Origin: Octopus bimaculoides
Lineage: Eukaryota
Assembly (NCBI RefSeq): GCF_001194135.2
Contig: NC_068990.1
Location: 13,768,537-13,832,536 of the forward strand
Direction: 5' to 3'
DNA: 64,000 nucleotides
The notes beneath the pieces are model-generated. The model saw only the letters and a list, made by a program, of their open reading frames with translations, was not told the origin of the DNA and made no database searches. Made by a program: the position numbers and the translations under genes. Shown here piece by piece: positions 49,401 to 60,974 of this stretch. Each line of letters begins with the position of its first letter. The stretch's first letter is position 1.

Positions 49401-49647
49401 TACGAGGGATGCTGAAAACTTCCTGGCTTTGGCTAAAAGAAAATATAGGAGGATCAGTTAACTATCTGAGGATCAGTTAGCTATATGTGGATCAGTTAAA
49501 TATTCGACATATTCCCCTCAGGTTCACACACTTAATGCAGCGATCTTTCGGTTTTTCTAAGCCCTGTAAAAGAACTCAGAAGGTTGGGCCTCCAGCCAGG
49601 CCTTTCACGATACCCTTAAAGCCAGGACGCTTTCAGCATCTCTCCTA
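49401..49647. mobile_element. Mariner-derived MITE (about 247 bp)
   Basis: TIRs TA|CGAGGGATGCTGAAAACTTCCTGGCTTT and AAAGCCAGGACGCTTTCAGCATCTCTCC|TA, with TA flanks. Confidence 0.85.
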
Positions 49648-49668
49648 TACCCATAGGTTTAAAGATGT

Positions 49669-49823
49669 TGGCGTGAATGTGTGGGAAGAAGTTTTCTAAC
49701 TACATGGTTCCATGTTCAGTTCCACAGCGTGGCATTTTGGGCAAATGTTTTCTACTATAACCTCGGGCCGGATAAAACCTTTTGAGTGCATTTGGTTGAC
49801 GGAAACTAAAAGAATCCTGTCAT
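49669..49823 (+). mobile_element. SINE family A 5' half, degenerate
   Basis: CATGGTTCCATGTTCAGTTCC...TTGGGCAAATGTTTTCTACTATAACCTCGGGCCG...GACGGAAACTAAAAGAA. Confidence 0.75.
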
Positions 49824-50849
49824 ATGTGTGTGATGTGTGTGTACTTATATGTGTGTTTGCGCGCACGCGCGTGTGTGTATGCGCATGTGCATGTGTTTGT
49901 GCGTGCGCGGTCGTTCTGTAGACCCGTTAGAGTATCAGCAAAAACCAGTTGCGATATTTGTTTTGGCACTTGATTTCATATCACAACGAAGACAACTTTA
50001 CATTTATCCTTTCGAGGTAGGCAAAGAAAATAGCAGTCGAGCGCCTCTAGCTTATCCATCATGGTTGTTTCACTGAGTCAGGAGTGGAACGGCCGAAATG
50101 GTGTCTGTGTCATTTAAAACCATTATTAAAAGTATAGTATTTTCCAATCAGTTGTCTTGATCTTCCGTCTGTAAAACGCCATTTGAAATAACCGTGTTAC
50201 AGCTAAAATGATCAGCATCCGAAAGAGCTGGTAATTTCGTACTTTTTTTTTCTAGAACTCTACAGTTTTTAAAATATGTCAAAACGTGGCGTCGGATTTT
50301 TGATAGGAGACCAGGGGGAGGTGAATAGCATTTGGAACAGCTATTTTGATACTGTCTAACTCATCTTGAGCCAAAAAGAGCCATCAATACTTCCAATGTC
50401 AACAGAAATACGAACAAGAGCATGAAAATCAACAAAAACAACAATGGTAAAAGAGATGAAGTAATGGATAACGACAGTGGTACCACCACTATCACCATTA
50501 AAAGCACCACCACAAAGAACAGCGGCAACAGGACCCGCCCAAGCAGCAGCAACAGCAGCAAGAAAATCAGCAGCAACAATCATGAAGACGTCGAAATTAA
50601 AGCAAAAAACAGCAATGTGAAAGAAAAAACAAAAATAACAATATTGATAATGAAAACGATAAAGATGAAACGAATACTGCTGCAGTACACATCTACTAAT
50701 ATTACCGATGCAGGTAATGTCTCCGTCACCATCTTCACGACCATCGGCATTAACACAAATACCATTAATAACATTGCAGCCAGCAAATCAACTGTTAATG
50801 GTTTTGCTAATGTGGTTCAAATGCAACAATCAATTTTCCTATACTCATA

Positions 50850-51130
50850 GGATTTCAAAAATGCCAAACATTCTCTAACGACTTTTAGAAGAACAGTATC
50901 CTTAAGCCTACTGCTATAGGAAGACAAACAGAAAAAAGAAGTTTCGTTGTGTAGGTGTATACGACTGAGATCTAGAAACTCAGAGAAAGACGAAAAATAA
51001 ATGAAAACCATTCTAGGGTACAAAAACATACGTCGAACGAGGAAGACATGCTTGGTACTATAGATGTGAGATTTCTCACCGAAGAAGCAGTCAGGAAGAA
51101 CTATGTGAAAACCCTAAAGATACTTCGGTC
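50850..51130 (+). pseudogene. Second, highly decayed ORF1-like relic related to 42790-43494
   Basis: Peptides FRRTVSL and (frameshifted) GTIDVRFLTEEAVRK resemble ERTIF and GTVEVQF of the 43-kb relic. Confidence 0.35.
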
Positions 51131-52816
51131 GAAGAGAGGAAAAAATAATGTTAGCCGATGTGCCACCAAAAATAGTTATCCGATGGTTAATAGCGGCCAT
51201 TTTGTGGTATATCGAAGAATAAACAGGTATATTGCAAATCTATAGACTTAAGGAAAAAAATAATAAATAAATGAATGAATAAATAAAATTGGTTGGGGAA
51301 GAGGAATGGAGCTATTAATCCAGACAGACCAAGGGAGTTTGGAAGGCTTTCCATCCTTAGAGTTGATTAATTAGATACACGTCTTGTATCTGTTTGCAGT
51401 ACTTGGGGACAGAAAGTCATGGCGTTACTTATGGGAGACACAAACCATGACTTTTCTGTCCACAGCAAAGGAGGAAAGAATGAAGATCTCTGCTACTGCT
51501 ACCGATGCATTTACCACAGCAGCAAAAACACCACCAGCAAGAACTGCAACATCAGCATCTGCATTATCGTTATCAGCAGAGTGCAGACACAACATCAGTA
51601 ACAGCAACAACGATGACAACTGTAACAGTAAAATCTGCAATGGCGAAAGGAGCACCCACATTAGGAGTAAAAACATAATGAGAACCAACAGCACCATCAG
51701 TGGAAGCAACAGCAATAGAAGCAATAAGTGACGTCCTCATTCAAGGCTACCATATCGACGAGAACAACAACAACAGCATCAGAAAGTTCAAAACAATGAA
51801 AAACAAAACTTCAAATCCCACCAACATTATTATAAAGAAAGTAATTGAGAAGCTAAATATATTTCATATCCTGATGATTAGGTTATGAAAGTCTAAAACG
51901 GTTGATAATAAATCTAGTAATTCTACTGTCCCAAATACTGCCAAAAATTTGGTAAAATCCATTACAAAACAGATTATAGCTGCGACGTAGTACAAAACAC
52001 ACACACACACACATACACACACACACACACACACACAGAGGCACGCGCGCACACACGTGTATATTTTTGTGCCTCTGTGTGTGTGTTTACTTGCGAGTAT
52101 AATCGTGAACATTTATTATGTAATTTATATCTTTGTGAGACCGAACCAAGTGCCACATCTTAACCATACAACAATGTCCCACTCCTAATGAAAACAGAAT
52201 ATGATAAATAGTAAAGTGAAATACCTTTTTACTGAAATCTGCGGACAAATTGTGACTACTTGACAGTACTTCGCCTATTTCCGTAAATCCCAGAATCGAA
52301 ATATTTTCCAAACGTTATTTCTTTAATCCTCGCATGATGTCAATTACACTAATTTTCTACTAATTAAGATTAATCATGCTGAAATGATAAACGTTTGATG
52401 TTTGATATTTGACTATATTTTACTTGTACTTGAAATAAATTTTTCAAAATTTTGGAGCTGAAAAAGAATTGGGAAAATGATATTGAAAGACATATTTTGT
52501 CAACCAGAAAACTTCATCTCGATTTATAGTAGATTTTATTTTATCGTTTATTATATTTTATTCTCTGATTATCTTGAGACTAAATTTTCTGTGATCTTAA
52601 TATGAAGACAATTATTAAGAACAAAGAATAAATCTGAGGTACTAATTGTTTTGCCTCTTTTCAACATAGCCATGGAAACCAAATGTTCATATAGTAATGG
52701 ACTGAAATACAGCAGCTCTAAATATTCAGCTCTTTCAACTCATCTTGATTACAATTCTATTGTCGCAACATATAAAATATCATTGGATTATTTTCAATAA
52801 CGTACAGATGGTTAAC

Positions 52817-53210
52817 GAGCAGAATCGTTAACACGCGTCGTAAAAATGTTCACAGGGATTTGTGTCACGCTGAATCTCCCCGAGAACTGTTACGCGTACA
52901 CGTGTCTGTGGAGTGCTCAACCACTTGCACGTTAATAAATTAGCTGCGACGTCACTGGTGCCAAGCTGTATCGGCCTTTGCCTTTTCCTTGGATAACATC
53001 GGTGGCGTGATGAGGGGAGGCTGGTATGCGTGGGCCACTGCTGGTCTTCCATAACCAACCTTGCCCAGACTTGTGCCAGGGAGGGTAACCTTCTAGGTGC
53101 AATCCCATTTATGGCCGAAGGGGGTCACAGCAACAAGTGAACTGGAGCGGCGAGGAATCGAACACCCGACCTACCGAATTTAAGCCGAATACCATAACAA
53201 CTAAGCCACT
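52817..53210. mobile_element. Mosaic of four SINE modules: B head (+), C tail (+), D tail (+), D/E head (-)
   Basis: 52817-52860 GCAGAATCGTTAACACG..AAATG; 52861-52936 TGTGTCACGCTGAATCTCCCCGAGAAC...TTGCACGTTAAT; 52942-53126 GCTGCGACGTCACTGGTGCCAAG...GAAGGGGGTC; 53135-53210 GGAATCGAAC...CTAAGCCAC. Confidence 0.75.
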
Positions 53211-53222
53211 TGCTTTCACTGC

Positions 53223-53279
<57 letters not shown>

Positions 53280-54091
53280 CACACACGCACACACACGATG
53301 CTTTTCAATTTGTAAATGTATATGTGTAGTACAAGTCACTTGAAATTAGATTTGTGTCATTCGGGGTATCTTGATGTAGTTAAAAATACCTATTTATTTT
53401 GGGATAATATAAACAAATTTTGTTTATTATATCTTTCGTTCAGTAATATTACATCATTTTTACTATCCAGTTAATATATATATCAACTTAGTAAAAGTAA
53501 ANNNNNNNNNNNNNNNNNNNNNNNNNNNNNNNNNNNNNNNNNNNNNNNNNNNNNNNNNTATATATATATATATATATATATGTACGCATACCTACATATA
53601 TTTATTTGTATATATGTGTGTGATTGTATATAATCATATGTGTGTGTGTATGTGTCTGTGTATATGCATACCTATTCATACATATACATACACACACACA
53701 CAAAACACACATACATACTCACAAATACACACACACACACACATATTGCCTGCGTCATAAAAACATTTTTTTAATATTCCAGAGAACGTGAAATCATTTT
53801 ATTTTCGGAATAGAGAACATTGACACTTCACATAAAGCTGTATCTAACACCATGTAAGTATAATGTTGGAACCCTCCTTTTAATACTAGATGTTGAAGGC
53901 TCCAGCAATGGGACCATCTTGTAGATATCACAGTTATTCTAACCTTGCATCAAAGCAATGCTTTGAATTTCTTGATCCATTTGAGACACTTTATTTTTAC
54001 CAGCGAGATTCTAGAGTTACAAAATAAGTACTGGGGCTCAAGGCAGTGCCCTAACATTGCCCCACTTCAACGACCGGAATGAGTGTGTGTG

Positions 54092-54163
<72 letters not shown>

Positions 54164-54164
<1 letters not shown>

Positions 54165-54617
54165 GTGCAAGCGTGGTTGTGTGGTAAGAAGCTTGTTTCC
54201 CAACCACATTGTTCTAGGTTCAGTCCAACTGCGTGACACCATCGGCAAGTGTCTTCTACTATATCCTCGGGCTGGCCAAAACGTTGTGAGTGGATTTAAT
54301 AGACGGAAACAGAAAGAAGCCTACTTAAGGCATTGGTTGGCCTGCGGCTATAGTGGGACACTTGCCCAAGGTGCCATGCAGTGGAATTGAACGCAGAACT
54401 ATGTGATTGGAAAATATATTTTTAAGTTATTTTTATTTAAAATTGCAAGCGTACACTAGATAATGTACATGCTTATACCCACTCACACACACACATACGA
54501 CAGGCTTCGTTCAGTTTCCGTCTACCAAATCCGCCCACAAAACTTAGGTCGACCCGGGGCTATATGTAGGACACATGCCCAAGGTGGCACGCCGTGAGGC
54601 TGAACGCGGAACCATGT
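54164..54617. mobile_element. Cluster of three SINE family A 5' halves (+ 54164-54322; - 54327-54412; - 54496-54617)
   Basis: GGCAAGTGTC at 54244 is inverted as GACACTTGCC at 54357; the third copy reads CAGTTTCCGTCTACCAAATCC...GCCCAAGGTGGCACG. Confidence 0.85.
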
Positions 54618-56429
54618 AATTTTTTAAAGCTATTCTTATTTAAAATTCCAAGAGTACGCTAGACAATTTACACGCTTATCAGCACCCCCTCCCTCCCCAC
54701 ACACACACATGTATACGTACCTACGAAGACAACTTCCGCCAGCATACAAATTTAGAAAAATCAGTAGTGACTAGTACATATCGTCTGCATTCCCACTCGG
54801 TTCTGATGAACAGTTCTACTTGACAAGAAATAAACAAAATATTTTAAATGCAAAAGTACAACGAAGACAGCTGAAAATAGTTCTGTTCTGAAAAGGAAAA
54901 TAATATATTGCGTAATGAAAATTTATTTTATCTAATTCTGATCACTGTAGTTTCAGAATGTTTTTTTTTAATGAGTTTTAGTTTGTATGTCTTCAAATCT
55001 GGTTATACAAAATTAAAAAAAAACACTATGACATGTATATAACTTTCAAACGTATTTGGAGATTTAATCATTAAAATAACATGCATATGACCATCTGCTC
55101 GAATACAAATAGTTATCTATAACGTGTTGTAATCTATTTTCGTTAGATAACATTTACCTATGATATTTACGTAGTCATTCGTGTTTTGCTAGCAGATTTG
55201 TGTGTTTCTTTGAGGGTCAAAAATAAAATAAACACAGAAAAAAAGTTGTAATAAATTATAGGTTGGCTGCCGAGCAATATATATATATATATGTATGTAT
55301 ATATATGTATATATGTATNNNNNNNNNNNNNNNNNNNNNNNNNNNNNNNNNNNNNNNNNNNNNNNNNNNNNNNNNNNNNNNNNNNNNNNNNNNNNNNNNN
55401 NNNNNNNNNNNNNNNNNNNNNNNNNNNNNNNNNNNNNNNNNNNNNNNNNNNNNNNNNNNNNNNNNNNNNNNNNNNNNNNNNNNNNNNNNNNNNNNNNNNN
55501 NNNNNNNNNNNNNNNNNNNNNNNNNNNNNNNNNNNNNNNNNNNNNNNNNNNNNNNNNNNNNNNNNNNNNNNNNNNNNNNNNNNNNNNNNNNNNNNNNNNN
55601 NNNNNNNNNNNNNNNNNNNNNNNNNNNNNNNNNNNNNNNNNNNNNNNNNNNNNNNNNNNNNNNNNNNNNNNNNNNNNNNNNNNNNNNNNNNNNNNNNNNN
55701 NNNNNNNNNNNNNNNNNNNNNNNNNNNNNNNNNNNNNNNNNNNNNNNNNNNNNNNNNNNNNNNNNNNNATATATGGGTAGAGGACGTCACCAACAGTAGA
55801 CAACATGAAATACGAAATCAAATGAATTAAATACGCAAATAACGAGAGAAAAATGGAAAGCAAGACAGGTAATACAAGGAATACAAAGAATGACACTCCA
55901 TCAGTTGTCGGCTGTCTATCTACTCCCCATTTCGAGGAATATACTTCTACGTTTCGGTTTATCTTTTTCAACAATAATTTCTGATATATTCACAGGTAGT
56001 TTTTGCGTTTTTTATGAAAGGGGAATAGTAACGGGCTCTTCAACCAGACACACAATCTAAATTCTAAAATTATACCGGACAATACATCTCCTCTGTATAT
56101 ATTTTTGTTAAAATATATCGAAATATTGAGTCAATAGTTAAATCCCAGAATAAAATAAAAATAAACAGGTAACACTCCTTAATCATCAACAATATGAAAT
56201 ATTTGACTGATGATATTTAGTCCAGAAGTAAAATTCCAAATCCCAGCGGAAATTTCTAAACAAATCACATTTGCACATATTATAAGAGATTATCCACTCT
56301 GTATATTATATCTGACCAACAGGCAGTCTTTACAAGCACAATCGCGCGCGCGAATAATATGGTAGCAACGATATGCAACAAATATACTGTGAATGTTTTT
56401 CGTGAATTAATTCAATTTTCTTTAAAAAT

Positions 56430-56644
56430 TAGTTTCAAATATTGGCTCAAGGGCAGCAATTTAGGAGGATGGTTAAGTCGATTACACCGTGTTTGACTGG
56501 TACTTATTCTATCGATCCCCTTCCCCCCAGGAAAAGGTGAAAGGCAAAGTCGACCTTGGCGGAAGTTGAATTCAGAAGGTAAAGGCGGACGAAATATCAC
56601 TGAACATTTTGCGCGATGTGGTTACAATTCTGACAGCTCACCGC
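56430..56644 (-). mobile_element. SINE family B
   Basis: GGTACTTATTCTATCGATCCCC...GAAAGGCAAAGTCGACC...CAGCTCACCGC. Confidence 0.85.
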
Positions 56645-56880
56645 ATAATTTATTTTGGATATTAGAAGTTAGGAATATGCAAATAAACACCAAAGTGCTG
56701 GGGCAGCTAGGGTTAGGGTTAGGTTTAAGTTCGGAGTGAGGAAGAACACTTGCAAAAAGTTGAATTTCTGGACGACTGATCTTTTTAGAATTGTAATATT
56801 TACAACAGTGAGCTTCTATATATTCATTTAAAAAGACAAAACAAAACAAAAATGTTAGTGTTCATAATATACATATTCGT

Positions 56881-57090
56881 AAGGTGGTGAGCTGGGAGAA
56901 TCGTTGGCACGCCGGGAAAAATGCTTAGCAGCATTTTGTCCGCCTTCACGTTCTGAATTCAAATTTCCCCGAAATTGACTTTGCTTCTCATTCTTCGGAG
57001 TCGATAAAATAAGTGCCAGTTCAACACAGGAATCGACTTGCCTCCACCAACTCAATTCCTGGCCTTGTGTCAATAATTTGAAACCATTAT
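56881..57090 (+). mobile_element. SINE family B
   Basis: AAGGTGGTGAGCTGGGAGAATCGTTGGCACGCCGGG...GAGTCGATAAAATAAGTGCCAG. Confidence 0.85.
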
Positions 57091-57212
57091 TTGACACCTT
57101 CCTCTATATTCTCTAATTTTCTCCAAAAATATTTTATATTGGACTATTCTTGTTTTTGGGATATTTATTAAAATAACGTCACCTGTTTGAAAGACAAAAA
57201 AGTAAATTTTAT

Positions 57213-57267
57213 AATGGTTACCCATCATTGGGTAACCATTCTGAAATAGTTACTCACCAGTGGGTAA
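57213..57267. repeat. Two tandem related palindromes (TTACCCA-N4-TGGGTAA)
   Basis: AATGGTTACCCA-TCAT-TGGGTAACCATT at 57213-57240 (perfect 12-bp stem) and TTACTCA-CCAG-TGGGTAA at 57250-57267. Confidence 0.9.
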
Positions 57268-57349
57268 AATGGGAGAATATAAGAAAAAGTTAGATCTGCT
57301 CACTCCCATTTCATTATCCTTTTTATTATAGAAATTTTAGGTGGAGATA

Positions 57350-57495
57350 GAGCTAATTTCATCGACAGGCACTTATTTCATCGAACCCGAAAGAATGAAA
57401 GGCAAAGTTGAACTCAGCAGAATTTGAACCCAGAATATAAAGACGGACGAAATGGCGCTAAGCATGTTGTTTGGAGCGGTAACGACTCCGGCTTT
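57350..57495 (-). mobile_element. SINE family B, partial
   Basis: CACTTATTTCATCGAACCCGAAAGAATGAAAGGCAAAGTTG...GCTAAGCATG. Confidence 0.75.
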
Positions 57496-57902
57496 TCACA
57501 ATCTCTCCCATTCCCATTTCATAATAATATATGATCTAGCGCCAGGACTCTGGAAAACACTGAGATATATTATCTCCCCTTACTGTTTGATATGCTGCGG
57601 TTAAAAGGTAAACAAGAAACAGAGTTAATAAAGTATGGATGTGGATATTATTAATATGTGTAAAATAATAAGACTTGTCCATACACGGTTAGTGTATGTA
57701 CTCAAATCACATTTTGCATTAATCGGTGAACAAAATGAAGGGCATTTTGAAGTTCATAAACATAAAAGTTACTAGAGTGCTTTAGGAAAATTACTAGAAT
57801 GTTTTAGAAAAATGCATTATGTCTATGCAAATACTTCAATGAGAACAAGATACGGGGACTGGAAGAATACTCGATGATAAAAGAAGAAATATATATTGTA
57901 TA

Positions 57903-58293
57903 CTCTCTCTTTTACTCTTTTATTTCTTTCAGTCATTTGACTGCAGCCATGCTTTAGCACTGCCTTTAGTCTTGCAAATCGACCCCAGGACTTATTCTTT
58001 GTATACCCAGTACTTATTCTATCGGTCTCTTTGGCCGAACCGCTAATTTACGGGGACACACCAGCATCGGTTGTCAAGCGATGTTGGGGGACAAACACAG
58101 ACACACAAATACACATATATATATACATATAAATATATACGACGGGCTTCTTTCAGTTTCCGTCTACAAAATCCACTCAAGGCTTTGGTCGGCCCGAGGC
58201 TATAGTAGAAGACACTTGCCCAAGGAGCCACGCAGTGGGACTGAACCCGGAACCATGTGGTTGGTAAGCAAGCTACTTACCACACAGCCAGCC
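57903..58293 (-). mobile_element. SINE family A, full length
   Basis: CTCTTTTACTCTTTTATTTCTTTCAGTCATTTGACTGC...GACACTTGCCCAAGG...GAACCCGGAACCATGTGGTTGG...CACACAGCC. Confidence 0.92.
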
Positions 58294-59214
58294 TATCTTT
58301 ATTATCTGTATCTTTATTATAAGCAATAAACTTCACACATCTTTAATTGAACACAATCGTTCGAGGATCGGAGACGAAGAACTTNNNNNNNNNNNNNNNN
58401 NNNNNNNNNNNNNNNNNNNNNNNNNNNNNNNNNNNNNNNNNNNNNNNNNNNNNNNNNNNNNNNNNNNNNNNNNNNNNNNNNNNNNNNNNNNNNNNNNNNN
58501 NNNNNNNNNNNNNNNNNNNATATATATATGTGAGTGTGTATGTGTGTGTGTGTGTGTGTGTGTGTAATATGACACTTATATATATATATATATACACATA
58601 AAAAATGCATAAATAGACACAACTCACACATATAACACTTGAGTGTATTTTATTTTCCATTCGTCACCGATATTGATGTCGAAACTACCATCACCACTAC
58701 CACCACTCGGCTGCAGCACGTCTACTTCTATACAATTCACTTGTTAATAACTATAATTTTTTATATATAGTTGTCTTGGTAATTCTGTCAGTATGGTACG
58801 TAATTTACTCCATTCGTTTACTTTAATAATATTCTTATTGTTACCTTATTGTGTTTCTTTTATCGAATAGATAATTGTGTGCTACCTTGGAATTGTTGTT
58901 CCCCTCATCGTTCACACACAGAGATTTTATTGCAAAAACGTTTCTGCAAGAGACAGTGATATAATTGATATAAACGATCCTATTAGAGATATTATGAGAA
59001 ATATAACTGCTCTGTTGAATGTTGTAGCTGACTGATATTTATTTTACCAACGCGAGAGTGATGAAAGATAATCAACCCAAATTAAGATTTGAATTACGTG
59101 TCAAGGCATACGACTATATACAATATAACGACCATAAATGTGCTTGTTCATTGCCATTTCATAATAATAAAAATGATAATAATAATAATAATAATAATAA
59201 TGATACTTTTCATA

Positions 59215-59410
59215 TACACAACGCCTGAAATTTATGGGAGAAGATGTCAATTATATTTATTTTGGTACTTTACTTATATTTTACTTTATCGATCCCAGAG
59301 GAACGAAAGGAAAATTTGATATCGGCCGAATTTTGAACTCTCAACATAAAAGCCCAGAACAAATATTTAAAATCATTTTGTCCGATGAGCTAAGAATTCT
59401 ACTAAATAGC
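59215..59410 (-). mobile_element. Degenerate SINE family B
   Basis: TTTATCGATCCCAGAGGAACGAAAGGAAAATTTGA..CGGCCGAATTTTGAACTC. Confidence 0.6.
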
Positions 59411-59433
59411 AACACCATCACTAATAATATTAA

Positions 59434-60589
59434 GGAAGGCAAAGGCAGGGTGTCATTTCAGAAATAGTAATAGAAAAATTAACCATTTGCTTTATATGGA
59501 TGGTCTGAAGCTTTTTAGTAAGAATGAAAAAGAGATAGATTCCTTAATATAGACTGTAAGACTCTTCGGTAAAGACATAGGCATGGAATTTGGCATCGAT
59601 AAATGTACAATATTAGTCATGAGAAGGAGACAGGTAGTCAACAGCGAGTGCATTCAATTACCAAATGGTCAGACATTAAAATCATTGAAAGGAGAAGAGA
59701 ATTATTAGTATCTAGGAGCATTAGAATCTGACAGAGTACTAACTACAGAAATGAAAACGAAAAATGAGGAGTACGTCAGAAGCGTGAAGGAGGAAGTTCA
59801 TGTCCTCAAAGCTAAATGGTCCGAATCCAGTGAAGGCTGTAAATATTTGGTCAGTATCATTGCTTAGATACTCAGCAACTGTTGTAGTGTGGACAAAAAG
59901 TGAATTAACAAAGCTTGAGAAAACTAGGAAGGAATTCAATATGAATGGAGGACTCCACCCAAGGACGGGAGTAAAAAGATTATACCTACCTAGAAAGGAA
60001 GGTGGAATAGGGATAATGTCAGTAGAAGACTACGTGGAGTTAGCTAGAGTAAATATAGACTCCTATGCACGTAATAGTGAAGAAAGTCTATTAAAAGCTG
60101 CTAGAGTCACAGCAAGACATGGGGAAACTAAAACACCAAACGAAATTAAAAACTAGAAAAACGAACAGAAATTATCTGACTGGCAGAAGAAAGCGTTGTA
60201 TGGCAGATTCCCAAATATAGTTTTAGCTAATAGTAGTAGTGAATCATGGTTATGGCTGCAGAAGGAAAAGCTGAAGAGAGACAGAAAGTTTATTAGTAGC
60301 AGCAGAGGATCAAGCATTAAAGACTAATTGGATAAAAGCCAAAACAGACCAAAACGTACGAACAATCAAGAAGTAAGGCGAAACAATAGGTAAATATGTC
60401 ACGAGGAATATAAATGAAATCAGAGTAGAGCACCCAACAGAATTGTTATAAAAATTGTGCCTACTTAGCACGGGCAGAATAATCAGGAAAGTATTAGCTG
60501 AAAAGATTAGATAGCATGAAATCTTAGGCTGCTGGCAGCAAACCCGCTACGCATGCAAGACTCGAGATAAAAAGTAAAAAAAAAAAAAA
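59434..60589 (+). mobile_element. 5'-truncated R4/Dong-like LINE: RT C-terminal half to poly(A), with internal deletion of the zinc knuckle and RLE core
   Basis: INHLLYMDGLKLFS, GMEFGIDKC, YLGALE, AVNIWSVSLLRYSA, LHPRTGVKRLYLPRKEGGIG, WQKKALYG, final KLCLLSTGRIIRKVL, then A14 at 60576-60589. Confidence 0.9.
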
Positions 60590-60842
60590 CAGAAACAATT
60601 CCTGTCATAATAGGCGCCTTAGGTATGATAAAAAATATTCAGACAAATACATAACAAAAACACCAGGATTAACAAGTATATTAACATACAGAAAGTAGCA
60701 CTACTAGGCACCTTACACATCCATCGTAAAACACCTTCAATACAGTAAAAATAAGAGAATCACAACAAACCACAGCACATATCCAAGGCACACAGAGCTG
60801 CGCTTCGTAGTGCAGTGAAAGCACGTGATAAAAATAAGACTA

Positions 60843-60912
<70 letters not shown>
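60590..60912 (+). mobile_element. Second R4/Dong-like LINE 3' end with (AAT)n tail
   Basis: ETIPVIIGALGMIKK...(frameshifts)...IQKVALLGTLHIHRKTPSIQ* (TAA 60746-60748), 3' UTR, and (AAT)n at 60846-60912. Confidence 0.85.
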
Positions 60913-60974
60913 GTATGTCGGGAAGACAACCGGCAAGAAATGGAAACAAAATTGAACGAAAAAAAACTCATAAT

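Noticed and set aside
50361-50850. 142-aa N/S/T/K-rich ORF, and similar ORFs at 51384-51731 and 9228-9455
   Set aside because: Decayed (AAC/AGC/AAT)n tracts; the AAC/ACA frames rarely mutate to stops, so open frames are expected by chance. No domain or splice signals seen.
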